Below, in pieces: positions 10,833 through 23,233 of a stretch of DNA of 64,000 bases; position 1 is the stretch's first letter; each line of letters starts with the position of its first letter. The notes under the pieces were generated by a model. That model ran no database searches. It was not told the DNA's origin and saw only the letters and a list, made by a program, of their open reading frames with translations. This stretch comes from Colwellia sp. 39_35_sub15_T18 (lineage in GTDB: Bacteria; Pseudomonadota; Gammaproteobacteria; Enterobacterales; Alteromonadaceae), in NCBI GenBank assembly GCA_002162675.1, contig MAAE01000015.1, positions 34,438 to 98,437 on the forward strand, written 5' to 3'. A program made the position numbers and the translations under genes.

Positions 10833-12008
10833 CTATTTGATTGTGACATGCGGTGAGCGTTTCACCACTTCATCATTTAGCTCAATACCGATACCCGGCT
10901 CTTCAGTGACTTGAAAGAAACCATCAACGGGCTGAGGATCTTGCAAACATAATTCACGATTCCACTCTTTGATGGCATAAGTATGATGTTCATGAATCAA
11001 AAAGTTAGGAATAGCCGTTTCTAAATGTAACGACGCGGCAGTTGCCACTGGGCCACCACAAACGTGGGCTTGAATACGAATATCGTAAACATCGGCATAA
11101 TCGCACACTTTTTTAGCTTCGGTAAAACCGCCGCATAAACCAACATCAGGTTGTAGCACATCAATACTTTGATCTTCAAAATAAGGACGAACATCCCAAC
11201 GATGATACAAACGCTCACCACCAGCAATAGGCACATTAACCCTATCAGCTACTTTTTTATGCACGGCAGGGTTTAGGTAATTCACTGGCTCCTCGTACAT
11301 CATACAGCCTACTTCTTCAACAATAGCGCCCATTTGTATGGCCGATGCCGCGCCCATTAATGAATGTGATTCAAAAATAATATCAACATCTTCACCAACA
11401 GCATCGCGAATAGCACGTAATCTATTACCAAACAAACGCATTTGTGGCTTAGTGAAAAGCTTCGTTCTGTCAAACGATGAACTGCCGTCTTTGTTATAAA
11501 CAATCGGGTCAACTTTTACCGCATCGTAGCCTTCACTCAGCGCTTTTAATGCTGCTTGTGCATATTCTTCCGGCTCGATCAATTTCTTGATTTCACTATC
11601 CCAGTCAAACTGTAATTGACTAGCATAAGTGCGTAGCTTGTCATTGACTTTTCCGCCCAACAATTGATACACAGGCACTCCTAATGCTTTGGCTTTAATA
11701 TCCCAAAGTGCAGTGTCAATAGCACTCATCGCAGAATAAAGCACAGGTCCGCCACCTAAACCCCAAAAGCTTTCTCTGAGCATACGCGACCATAAAAGTT
11801 CAGTATTAAACGGATTAAAGCCAATTAATACCGCCTCTGAAATTTCTTTGAGCATGGCCGCGGCGGCGCTATGCCCCCAGTCATAAGCAAGACCTGCTTC
11901 ACCAACGCCACTAATACCTTCATCGGTATGAATGCGCACAAAAACTGGATTCCAGCCAGCACGTTTAGGGCAATGAATATCAAAAACTTCAATATGGGTA
12001 ATTTTCAT
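10833..12008 (-). CDS. Mandelate racemase/muconate lactonizing enzyme family (acid-sugar dehydratase-like)
   Basis: RIHTDEGISGVGE, SAIDTALWDIKAK, ESH/EEP/GE metal ligands, PGIGIEL. Confidence 0.88.
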   Translation of the reverse strand: MKITHIEVFDIHCPKRAGWNPVFVRIHTDEGISGVGEAGLAYDWGHSAAAAMLKEISEAVLIGFNPFNTELLWSRMLRESFWGLGGGPVLYSAMSAIDTALWDIKAKALGVPVYQLLGGKVNDKLRTYASQLQFDWDSEIKKLIEPEEYAQAALKALSEGYDAVKVDPIVYNKDGSSSFDRTKLFTKPQMRLFGNRLRAIRDAVGEDVDIIFESHSLMGAASAIQMGAIVEEVGCMMYEEPVNYLNPAVHKKVADRVNVPIAGGERLYHRWDVRPYFEDQSIDVLQPDVGLCGGFTEAKKVCDYADVYDIRIQAHVCGGPVATAASLHLETAIPNFLIHEHHTYAIKEWNRELCLQDPQPVDGFFQVTEEPGIGIELNDEVVKRSPHVTIK

Positions 12009-12113
12009 TTTTATCTCTTTAAATTAAGTTCTTTGTCTGTATTTCAAATAAGGTAAATACATACTTATTTTCAGTAACAATTTTGCTTTAAGCTGTATGG
12101 TTCAAGATGAATG

Positions 12114-12890
12114 TTACAAAGCAAAATCTGGGTAAGCTCTTGCTACTCGACGCACCATCGCCGGCCATGCTTTTTGGCCACCCGTTTCACCATTATGAAC
12201 AATATTCGCTTGCGCTTTAATACCGTCAATAATACTTTGTGGTGCATAAATAGGCTTCATACCTGTGGCCATCACCTGTAATTGCACCTGACAGGCACGC
12301 GTTAAATCATACATTTGCATAAAAGCATCTCCTATGGTTTTCCCCATAGTAAGCGCGCCATGATTACGCAGCAGCATAAAATTGCTAGCGCCTAAATCCT
12401 GTTGTAACCTAAGCCTTTCCTCAGCATTAACTGCCAGCCCTTCATAATCATGATAACTCATTGAGGCTAAGGCAAACATTGAATATTGGCTTAGAGGCAG
12501 CAGCCCTTCTTCTAGGCTAGCAATAGCAATAGTTTCATTGGTATGAACATGCATGGCACAAATATCATCATGGCGCGCTTCATGGACGGCACTATGAATA
12601 GTAAAACCTGCCGGGTTAATTTCAAACGGACAGTCATCATCAACAAGGTTGCCATCAATATCTATTTTAACTAAGTTGGATGCCGTCACCTCTTCAAAAG
12701 CTAAACCAAAAGCATTAATTAAAATATGCTCGGTATCGGGAATACGTGCCGAAATATGAGTATGAATTAAATCATCCCAACCATGCATGACCATTAAACG
12801 ATAGCAAGCCGCCAAATCAACACGAAGTTGCCATTCAATCGCTGACACTTTATTTTTTAAATTTATTTTCGGAATTTCAAACATGCTCAT
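12114..12890 (-). CDS. Class II aldolase/adducin family protein
   Basis: HISAR, GFTIHSAVH, HVH, LLRNHG zinc-binding motifs. Confidence 0.88.
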   Translation of the reverse strand: MSMFEIPKINLKNKVSAIEWQLRVDLAACYRLMVMHGWDDLIHTHISARIPDTEHILINAFGLAFEEVTASNLVKIDIDGNLVDDDCPFEINPAGFTIHSAVHEARHDDICAMHVHTNETIAIASLEEGLLPLSQYSMFALASMSYHDYEGLAVNAEERLRLQQDLGASNFMLLRNHGALTMGKTIGDAFMQMYDLTRACQVQLQVMATGMKPIYAPQSIIDGIKAQANIVHNGETGGQKAWPAMVRRVARAYPDFAL

Positions 12891-13002
12891 GTCCTTAAAT
12901 TAAATCGTTCGAGCTCAATGATTAAATTTTAACTGAGTAAGCCCTTTCATTAAAGAAAGAGTTACAATAACTTACTATCCCCAATCAAATATAACCTTTT
13001 AC

Positions 13003-13770
13003 ATGTGTATTTTATTCTTTGCCATCAAGCAACATCCAAAATATCCGCTGATTATATGTGCCAATCGAGATGAATTTCATCAAAGGCCTGCGCAAGCGAT
13101 GCATTGGTGGCCGAGCAAAAATGAGCAAGGTGCCATGTTAGCAGGTAAAGATTTACAAGCTGGTGGCACTTGGTTGGGTTTGAATAAGCAGGGACGGTTT
13201 AGCGCCTTAACTAATTTTCGCCAGCCACAGCTATTTGATAGTAATAAACAATCTCGTGGTGATTTAGTGTTGCACGCACTAGCCCAGCAAGATGATGACA
13301 TCGCCTCACAGTTAGCAAAGTCGGCACGTGATTATAACGGCTTTAATTTAGTGTTTGGGCAATTAAACAATTTAGCTTGTTTTGACAGTGTTTCACAAAA
13401 GCTACAGCCATTAAGCACGGGTTTTCACAGTTTATGCAACGGTGCATTAGATGATATTTGGCCAAAAATGGCACAAGGACAAAGCCAATTGGCAAAAACA
13501 GTGCAAAATCAGCCTTTAGATATAGATAAACTATTTGAGCTAATGACCAATAGCAAACAGGCAAAAAACGAACATTTGCCCAATACCGGTGTGCCTTTAA
13601 ACTGGGAGCAATTACTCAGTGCTATTTTTATCGTTTCGCCCGAATATGGCACACGTACTACCAATATTATTAGCCAAGATACCGAAGGAAAGGTGACTGT
13701 TTATGATCGAAGTTATGATGAACAAGGACTTTGTATAGAGAAACAAATGTTTGAATTTATTCCTGTTTAA
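13003..13770 (+). CDS. NRDE/TANGO2 family protein
   Basis: MCILF...ANRDEF, GGTWLG, LTN, YGTRT. Confidence 0.92.
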   Translation: MCILFFAIKQHPKYPLIICANRDEFHQRPAQAMHWWPSKNEQGAMLAGKDLQAGGTWLGLNKQGRFSALTNFRQPQLFDSNKQSRGDLVLHALAQQDDDIASQLAKSARDYNGFNLVFGQLNNLACFDSVSQKLQPLSTGFHSLCNGALDDIWPKMAQGQSQLAKTVQNQPLDIDKLFELMTNSKQAKNEHLPNTGVPLNWEQLLSAIFIVSPEYGTRTTNIISQDTEGKVTVYDRSYDEQGLCIEKQMFEFIPV

Positions 13771-13788
13771 CTATGCTCTTTTGTAACT

Positions 13789-13880
13789 ATTCACCACCGA
13801 GCCGCTACGCTTCACAGAGGGCTCTTCGAGCCTACACAGAGGTTTTAATATTCTCGGTATAGCGTGGTGTTCTCTGTAGT
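13789..13880. repeat. REP-like intergenic element
   Basis: CACAGAGG twice (13813, 13835), opposed by CTCTGT (13872); ACCGAG/CTCGGT pair; starts just after a stop codon. Confidence 0.4.
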
Positions 13881-13927
13881 AATACTTTTAAGCTGAATAA
13901 ATACCTTCTTTTAACCAAAGTCGCTAT

Positions 13928-14107
13928 TTAGCTAAAAAAAATCCCTTTTATAATCGCGGCCAGCAAAATAACAAACACCAATATACGGCTAGTTTTACTA
14001 AATTTTGCTTGTTGCTCATCGCTCATCGGCTTACCGAATCGCTCGCCTAAAATCACCATTAGCGCGACAGCACCAAACACACAAGCTAATATAATTAATA
14101 AAGTCAT
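13928..14107 (-). CDS. Small two-TM membrane protein, 59 aa, not in ORF track
   Basis: MTLLIILACVFGAVALMVILGERFGKPMSDEQQAKFSKTSRILVFVILLAAIIKGIFFS*; AAGGGA upstream of ATG. Confidence 0.75.
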   Translation of the reverse strand: MTLLIILACVFGAVALMVILGERFGKPMSDEQQAKFSKTSRILVFVILLAAIIKGIFFS

Positions 14108-14192
14108 CTTTTCCCTTGAAAAATTTTACAAATGCTAGAAATACATTAACATAGCCACTGGCTTTATTTATCTTTTATTATTGCGTATTTCT

Positions 14193-15419
14193 ATGACCCA
14201 GACAGATGATTTCTATCAAAAACGTCGATTTATTATTCGACTTGGCAAAGCATTACACAAGCTAGGCTCTACCGCTTATCGTTTAGAAGATAATTTACTT
14301 TCTATTGCCCATTTTTTAGATCTGCGCGCTTCTTTCATCATTACCCCAACGGCATTAACCTTTATTTTATCTGATGATGAAGATGATCAGCAGTACAATC
14401 ACCTAGTGCGAGTAACACCGGGTGAAATAGACTTAGGCTCTTTGGCACGTATCGATGAATTAGTTGATGAACTGATCAATGGCGAACGAACACTCACTGA
14501 AGCTATAGAGCGCTTAAAAGAAGTCAATGCCAAACCACCTCCTTATGGCATAATATTAACCTTTTTAGCCTTTGGCGCATCTAGCGGCGCTTTTGCTATG
14601 TTAATGCACACCAGTTGGCATGACGTTTTTTGGTCAACTATATTAGGCTTTGTGGTCTTTCTTTTTGTTATGTGGGCAGAGCGCTCGCGCCGCGTAACAG
14701 AAATGTTAGAACCTATAGCTGCGTTAACGACTTCACTGCTCGCCTCCTTTATATCAATATTTGATCCCAGCATTAATATCCCGATGATTATTTTATCCAG
14801 TATTATTGCTTTTATTCCGGGGTTATCGTTAACGGTAGGTTTGTCAGAATTAGCCGCCCGGCATTTAATGTCAGGTACTGCCCGGATCATGGACAGTGTC
14901 ATGGTGCTGTTCAAACTCTATTTTGGCGCGGTTTTAGGCATGGCATTAGGCAAGTTAATTTGGGGAGAAGTCTCCTTTGTCGCCCCTGAAACAATGCCCG
15001 TTTGGACGTCTTGGTTAGCGGTAACCTGTCTTTCTATCTCTTTGGTTATTTTATTTAAAGTGCGTTTAAAAGATGCGCCTTGGGGCATGATTGCCGGTTA
15101 TATTTCTTTTAGCGTTAGCATCTGGGCTAGTACATACTTAGGCGTGGCGTTAGGCGCTTTTGTTGGTGCTTTTGCTTTAGGCGTATATAGTAATTTATTT
15201 TCTCGTGTTATGAACTTACCTTCATCTATTGTACGTTTACTAGGCCTTGTGGTGTTAGTGCCCGGTTCAAAAGTATATATGGGATTAAATACCTTAGTAT
15301 CAGGAGAACAAATGTTAGCAGTAACAGATTTAGGCTCACAAACTTTTTTAATTTTTATGTCATTAGTTGCAGGAATTATTTTCTCAAATGTTGCTATGCC
15401 CCATAGAAAAACACTCTAG
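14193..15419 (+). CDS. ThrE-family threonine/serine exporter
   Basis: RLGKALHKLGSTAYRLE, many TM helices, FIPGLSLT and LVPG motifs; ATG at 14193. Confidence 0.85.
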   Translation: MTQTDDFYQKRRFIIRLGKALHKLGSTAYRLEDNLLSIAHFLDLRASFIITPTALTFILSDDEDDQQYNHLVRVTPGEIDLGSLARIDELVDELINGERTLTEAIERLKEVNAKPPPYGIILTFLAFGASSGAFAMLMHTSWHDVFWSTILGFVVFLFVMWAERSRRVTEMLEPIAALTTSLLASFISIFDPSINIPMIILSSIIAFIPGLSLTVGLSELAARHLMSGTARIMDSVMVLFKLYFGAVLGMALGKLIWGEVSFVAPETMPVWTSWLAVTCLSISLVILFKVRLKDAPWGMIAGYISFSVSIWASTYLGVALGAFVGAFALGVYSNLFSRVMNLPSSIVRLLGLVVLVPGSKVYMGLNTLVSGEQMLAVTDLGSQTFLIFMSLVAGIIFSNVAMPHRKTL

Positions 15420-15434
15420 CGATATATTAATACC

Positions 15435-16097
15435 ATGAAAACTAAAGAAAATAATAAAAACACCGCTTCTACTTACCATCACGGTGATTTACATAGCTGC
15501 TTAATAACCACAGCAACCACCATGATATCGGAAGAAGGGATTGAAGCACTGTCATTAAGAAAATTAGCGCTGCGCATAGGTGTGTCACGCACGGCGGCCT
15601 ATCACCACTTTAAAGATAAAAATGATTTGTTATCAGCTATTGCTGCCCAAGGCTTTGTTTCTTGGCAAGCGCAAGCTGAACGTTTATTTACCGATAAAAA
15701 ATCATCTGAACGAGAAAAATTTCAAAATTTTGTCCACCATTATGTACGCTTTGCCACGCAAAATGCCGCTATTTACCAACTAATGTTTGGTAATACCCTT
15801 TGGAAGAAGGAAGAAAATAACAGTGAGACAGCAAAGCAAAGTTCGCAAAGCCAAAGCTCGCAAAACTTGAAAGACGTTGCCTACCCTAGTTTTCAATACC
15901 AAGTTAAAATGATTAAAGCATGGCAACATAAAGGTATGCTACCTAGCACTGAACCCTCTTTACGTTTAGCACAAGTAACTTGGGCAACCTTACACGGTAT
16001 TGCCCAGTTAGTTATTGATGGTATTTATGCCGATGCCAGTCAAATTGATGAAATGTGTCAATGTGCCGTGAATCTACTTTTGGCTAGTTCGAAATAA
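15435..16097 (+). CDS. TetR/AcrR family regulator (WHG-type C-terminus)
   Basis: YHHGDL...LSLRKLALRIGVSRTAAYHHF; WATLHG. Confidence 0.9.
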   Translation: MKTKENNKNTASTYHHGDLHSCLITTATTMISEEGIEALSLRKLALRIGVSRTAAYHHFKDKNDLLSAIAAQGFVSWQAQAERLFTDKKSSEREKFQNFVHHYVRFATQNAAIYQLMFGNTLWKKEENNSETAKQSSQSQSSQNLKDVAYPSFQYQVKMIKAWQHKGMLPSTEPSLRLAQVTWATLHGIAQLVIDGIYADASQIDEMCQCAVNLLLASSK

Positions 16098-16353
16098 TTA
16101 TCGGGCAATGATTAAAGACCACTCTCCTAAACTCTTCTTGTAAACAGAAAGTAAATAGTTTATAAATTTCTAGTTAGAAAGCAAAATGTAAAGAGATGTT
16201 TCACTCACTAGAATTTTGCTTTAATTCCCCGTAATATCGAGCAATCGTGTTTTATGTCAATAAATATTTGTACCGTTATACTTTGTACAATGGATTTTTT
16301 ACAATGGATAAAGCACCGCGATACACTCTTTAAAATAAAATGAGATTCAAAAA

Positions 16354-18420
16354 ATGAAAGCGATTATAACAAGCGCTGTCTGTTCTTCTTTGTTGCTACT
16401 TAGCGGCTGTAGCAACGGCGACGGTACCACAGCACAAAGCAGTATCGAAGCACCACAAAAAACAGTATTAGCCTCGGGTATCGAACAAGCAAACATTGAC
16501 AAAAGTGTTCGTCCACAAGACAATTTTTATCGCTATATCAATGGCGGTTGGATGAATAGCCATGACATTCCTGGCGATAAAACTGCTATTGGCTCTTTCT
16601 ATGACTTACGTGATAAGGCCGATGATGATGTAAAAGCTATTATTGAAGAGCTTGCGGCAACCGACAACTTGAAAGCAGGTTCTGACGAGCAAAAAGTGGC
16701 GGATATATTTCGTTCATATATGGATAGCGAACAACGTAACGCTGCGGGCATAACACCTGTTCAATCTATATTAACGGCTATTGATGATATTAAAAACAAA
16801 GATGATTTAGCTGAATTCTTTGGCACCTACTCAACCACAGGCATTACCAACCCATTAGCCTTGTACATTAGTATTGATTCAAAAGAATCAACAAGTTACG
16901 CCATTCACATCTGGCAAAATGGTTTAAACCTACCCGACAGAGATTATTATTTCAATGAAGAAGAGCGCTTTGTAAATTTACGTAGTGGTTATGTAACACA
17001 CATTGAAAATATGTATAACTTAGCAGGCATAGACAAGGGTGAGGATGCGGCTAAAAACATTATGGCGTTAGAAACAAGCCTTGCCCATTACCATTGGACA
17101 CGTGTGCAAAGCCGTGACAGCGAAAAACGTTATAACAAATTTGCCACCGCAGAGTTAAATACCATTACCGATAAATTTAATTGGCAGGCATTTTTACAAG
17201 CTGAAAATGTTGCTAGCCAAAAAGATATTATTATCAATCAACCCGACTTTATTGAAGGCTTTGGTAAAGTATTTGATGACACTTCACTTAATATCTGGAA
17301 GCAATATTTAACATTTAATACCTTGAGTGCCTTTTCTGGTTATTTAACTGCTGAGCTTGATAATGAAAATTTTGATTTCTTTTCAAAACAATTAAATGGC
17401 CGACAAGAGCAGCGTCCACAATGGAAACGTGGTGTTAGTGTGGTTAACTCAAACTTAGGCGAAGTTATTGGTAAAGTTTATGTTACTCGTCACTTTACCC
17501 CTGAAGCTAAATCTCGCATGAGTGGCTTAGTTGAAAACTTACGTAATGCTTACGGTGCAAGTATTGATGACCTAACATGGATGTCAGCAGATACTAAAAA
17601 AGCGGCACAGGTAAAACTGGCAGCCTTTACCCCTAAAATAGGTTACCCAGACAAATGGGAAGACTATTCAAGCCTAACGATAAAGTCTGATGATATTGTT
17701 GGTAATATTATTCGCTCACGTAAAGTCTCTAGCGAAAAAGAAATAGCTAAACTAGGTGGTCCAATTCGAAAATGGGAATGGCACATGACACCACAAACAG
17801 TCAATGCTTACTACAACCCACCAGCAAATGAAATAGTGTTTCCTGCGGCAATTTTACAACCGCCGTTCTTTAACATGAAAGCGGATGAAGCCGTAAATTA
17901 CGGTGGCATTGGTGCGGTAATTGGCCATGAAATGGGCCATGGCTTTGATGATCAAGGCAGTAAGTATGACGCAACAGGTAACTTACGCAACTGGTGGACG
18001 GAGCAAGATCTAAAAGAATTTTCTAGTCGCACTCAGGCCCTAGTTAACCAATATGCTGATTACCAAGTATTTGATGACTTAAACGTTAATGGTGAATTAA
18101 CCTTAGGCGAAAACATTGGTGATCTATCAGGTGTTACTATTGCTTACAAAGCTTATAAAGCATCACTAAATGGTGCAGAAGCGCCTATTATTGACGGTTT
18201 AACGGGCGATCAACGCTTCTTTATGGGTTATGCTCAAATTTGGCGTTCAAAAATAGTTGAGAAATCAATGCGTAACCGTGTAGCAACAGACCCTCATTCT
18301 CCTGGTGAGTTCCGTGCTTTAGGTTCACTTTCAAACATGAACGAGTTCTACCAAGCCTTTGATGTTAAAGAAGGCGATGCTATGTATATAGCGCCTGAAA
18401 AACGCGTTAAAATTTGGTAA
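16354..18420 (+). CDS. M13-family zinc metallopeptidase lipoprotein (PepO/neprilysin-like)
   Basis: Lipobox LSGC, VNAYY, HEMGH, GENIGD, HSP...R. Confidence 0.93.
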   Translation: MKAIITSAVCSSLLLLSGCSNGDGTTAQSSIEAPQKTVLASGIEQANIDKSVRPQDNFYRYINGGWMNSHDIPGDKTAIGSFYDLRDKADDDVKAIIEELAATDNLKAGSDEQKVADIFRSYMDSEQRNAAGITPVQSILTAIDDIKNKDDLAEFFGTYSTTGITNPLALYISIDSKESTSYAIHIWQNGLNLPDRDYYFNEEERFVNLRSGYVTHIENMYNLAGIDKGEDAAKNIMALETSLAHYHWTRVQSRDSEKRYNKFATAELNTITDKFNWQAFLQAENVASQKDIIINQPDFIEGFGKVFDDTSLNIWKQYLTFNTLSAFSGYLTAELDNENFDFFSKQLNGRQEQRPQWKRGVSVVNSNLGEVIGKVYVTRHFTPEAKSRMSGLVENLRNAYGASIDDLTWMSADTKKAAQVKLAAFTPKIGYPDKWEDYSSLTIKSDDIVGNIIRSRKVSSEKEIAKLGGPIRKWEWHMTPQTVNAYYNPPANEIVFPAAILQPPFFNMKADEAVNYGGIGAVIGHEMGHGFDDQGSKYDATGNLRNWWTEQDLKEFSSRTQALVNQYADYQVFDDLNVNGELTLGENIGDLSGVTIAYKAYKASLNGAEAPIIDGLTGDQRFFMGYAQIWRSKIVEKSMRNRVATDPHSPGEFRALGSLSNMNEFYQAFDVKEGDAMYIAPEKRVKIW

Positions 18421-18458
18421 TAACTGTGCTGTAAAGCAAGATTTATCTTTCTATTTTT

Positions 18459-18481
18459 AAAGCAGCTTCGGCTGCTTTTTT
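18459..18481 (+). terminator. Intrinsic terminator after the M13 peptidase gene
   Basis: AAAGCAGC-TTCG-GCTGCTTT followed by a T-run. Confidence 0.85.
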
Positions 18482-18534
18482 ATTTTCTTTTTTTATGTTT
18501 AGTTAATTTTTATAACACCAAACACAATTACTAT

Positions 18535-18553
18535 TGATAATTACTCTCATTTG
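18535..18553. promoter_or_regulatory. Fur-box-like site upstream of bfd
   Basis: TGATAAT-T-ACTCTCA matches 12 of 14 positions of TGATAATnATTATCA; bfd is a classic Fur target. Confidence 0.7.
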
Positions 18554-18597
18554 CATTAGTATACCTGTATTAACTTATAACTTTTCAGGTATCATTT

Positions 18598-18792
18598 ATG
18601 TACGTTTGTATTTGCCATGGGGTAACTGACTCACACATTGAAGCGGCAGTTGACAATGGCGCTCACACTATGCAGCAATTAAGTCGCGAATTAAAAATTG
18701 GCTCGCAATGTGGCAAATGTTGTCAATGTAGTAAGCGGGTATTAAATAATAAACTGATGCAAATTGCTGAAGCTGAGCCGAGTGTCGCCTAA
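18598..18792 (+). CDS. bfd: Bacterioferritin-associated ferredoxin
   Basis: MYVCICHGVTD...GSQCGKC, 64 aa. Confidence 0.92.
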   Translation: MYVCICHGVTDSHIEAAVDNGAHTMQQLSRELKIGSQCGKCCQCSKRVLNNKLMQIAEAEPSVA

Positions 18793-18886
18793 TAGTTTAG
18801 CCCCTATATAACGTACCAAAAGTAACGTACCAGAAGTAATGGGTAAAGGGTAACAGCCAATACATAACGATCTCATTGGTGATTTT

Positions 18887-18929
18887 ATTAACGGTTTCAT
18901 TAACGGTTTCATTAACGGTTTCATTAACG
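18887..18929. repeat. 12-bp tandem repeat (ATTAACGGTTTC), three copies plus a partial
   Basis: Read directly from the sequence. Confidence 0.9.
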
Positions 18930-19464
18930 ATAATAACTTTCTAAAATCATTAATACTATTGCTGCTCCACACAAAACTTTTCCAATTATCCCTCTTGCCA
19001 GTCACAAAAAATTTAAACCTATAGCTTAACCCTTACCATAAATAAATTAGTGCTTTGGTAAAATTTCTCAAAAAAGCACAGACTCAATTCACCACTGGAA
19101 ATCATTGTTCCAGCCCAATACATTTTAGCCATCTAAACATCTATAATTTGCAAAAAAGGATAAAGCAAGGTAAATTACCTCATTAACGTTTTCCTCTCCT
19201 TGCTAGCGATCATGATAAAAAAGTGCAACTAGCCTTAACCAACGTAAAGCAAAATGATGCGGATGATAGTTCCTGATACTGTTCGAAAAATTACAGGAGC
19301 AAGCACATTAAAACCAGTACTAGGCAGTGCCTTCTTGCTGTTTATTATCGTTTGTACAAGAAATAGGATAGTAGTGGCAAGATACGGGCTATAGTTAAGA
19401 AAAATATCACTAACAAGACTCTAATTAATAGTTAATAGTTATGACGTTCACAAAAGGCAAAAAA

Positions 19465-20076
19465 ATGACAGATAAAAATGCAGACAAAAAAAGTGTACAA
19501 CATAAAAAGCGCATGCAAGCAGTCAAAGAAAAAGTTGACCAGCGCATCGATAATGCTCAAGAAGAACGTGGTTTACTCATCGTAATCACCGGTAATGGTA
19601 AGGGTAAATCTACCTCTGGTTTTGGCACCATAGCCCGCGCTGTTGGTCACGGTCTTAATGCGGCGGTGGTGCAATATATCAAAGGTACTTGGGCTTGTGG
19701 TGAGCGAAAGTTACTTGAAAATGCAGGTGTCGGCTTTGATGTTATGGCAACGGGGTTCACTTGGAACACCCAAGATAAAGAAAAAGACATAACCGCAGCA
19801 CAAAAAGTATGGCAACGAAGTAAGGACTTACTTTCTGACAAAAACATTGATGTGGTTTTGCTCGATGAGATAACTTATATGATCTCCTACAAATATATTG
19901 ATTTAGATGAGGTTATTGCGGCATTGAACAACCGACCTAAAGATCAACATGTTATTATCACTGGCCGAGCATGTCATCGAGCTATTATCGACTTAGCGGA
20001 TACTGTCAGTGAAGTGCAGTCAATCAAGCATGCGTTTGATAATGGCATCAAGGCACAAAAAGGCATTGACTGGTAA
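19465..20076 (+). CDS. cobO: Cob(I)yrinic acid a,c-diamide adenosyltransferase
   Basis: TGNGKGKSTSGFG, QYIKG, LLDEI, ITGR, KHAFDNGIKAQKGIDW; ATG at 19465 preferred over 19441. Confidence 0.93.
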   Translation: MTDKNADKKSVQHKKRMQAVKEKVDQRIDNAQEERGLLIVITGNGKGKSTSGFGTIARAVGHGLNAAVVQYIKGTWACGERKLLENAGVGFDVMATGFTWNTQDKEKDITAAQKVWQRSKDLLSDKNIDVVLLDEITYMISYKYIDLDEVIAALNNRPKDQHVIITGRACHRAIIDLADTVSEVQSIKHAFDNGIKAQKGIDW

Positions 20077-20112
20077 ACTCGACCTGCTTGAGCTAGAGCT
20101 AGTGGCTGGTTA

Positions 20113-20484
20113 TTACTTTTTACCCTGACAAAGCAGCCACATTTTTTCATTGTATTGCCGCATATAAGCAATCACTTTTTCACGGTCAATCCTATCTTGC
20201 TCAGTGTTAATAACATCGCCTGTTTTAGCCATATATTTTTTACCACATAAAGCGATGGCCGACTTAATATCACTTTTTTCAAGCCCTGGTACATTAATAC
20301 CGCGTGTCGCTGTTATTAATAAGCGGTAATCTTGCCCTTGCGCAGCTACAGCCAGTGCTTGCGATAAAACAGAAGGCGCAGGCTCCTTTTTAGCTGCACT
20401 ATTATCTTGTTCACTTTGGCTAAAGGCAGTACTACAACTTGTCGTTGTTGAGAGAAAAAACAATATGGCCATATATTTCAACAT
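20113..20484 (-). CDS. Hypothetical exported protein or lipoprotein
   Basis: 123-aa ORF with a hydrophobic N-terminus ending in TTSC; 3 nt downstream of the peptidase gene. Confidence 0.6.
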   Translation of the reverse strand: MLKYMAILFFLSTTTSCSTAFSQSEQDNSAAKKEPAPSVLSQALAVAAQGQDYRLLITATRGINVPGLEKSDIKSAIALCGKKYMAKTGDVINTEQDRIDREKVIAYMRQYNEKMWLLCQGKK

Positions 20485-20487
20485 AAC

Positions 20488-23073
<2,586 letters not shown>

Positions 23074-23233
23074 TACTACTTCATATTATTTCTATTGTAA
23101 AGATTAGCGTTAATAGCATAAAAAAACCACCGACAATTTCGAGCCAATGGTTAATGTGAAGACACTATTTCTTTTAAAATTTTTTAACACATACTTTAAT
23201 TTGCAAAAACGTTTTAATTTGAACGCGAGAAAT

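Noticed and set aside
18742-19005. 87-aa minus-strand ORF with LMKP repeats
   Set aside because: The repeat derives from the 12-bp DNA tandem; it overlaps bfd antisense and has no recognisable domain.
19253-19393. 46-codon ORF or CsrB-like RNA upstream of cobO
   Set aside because: No convincing RBS, and only about four GGA motifs, too few for a Csr RNA.
19100-19464. Cobalamin riboswitch upstream of cobO
   Set aside because: No B12-box or AGGGAA/CTGT core elements found on either strand.
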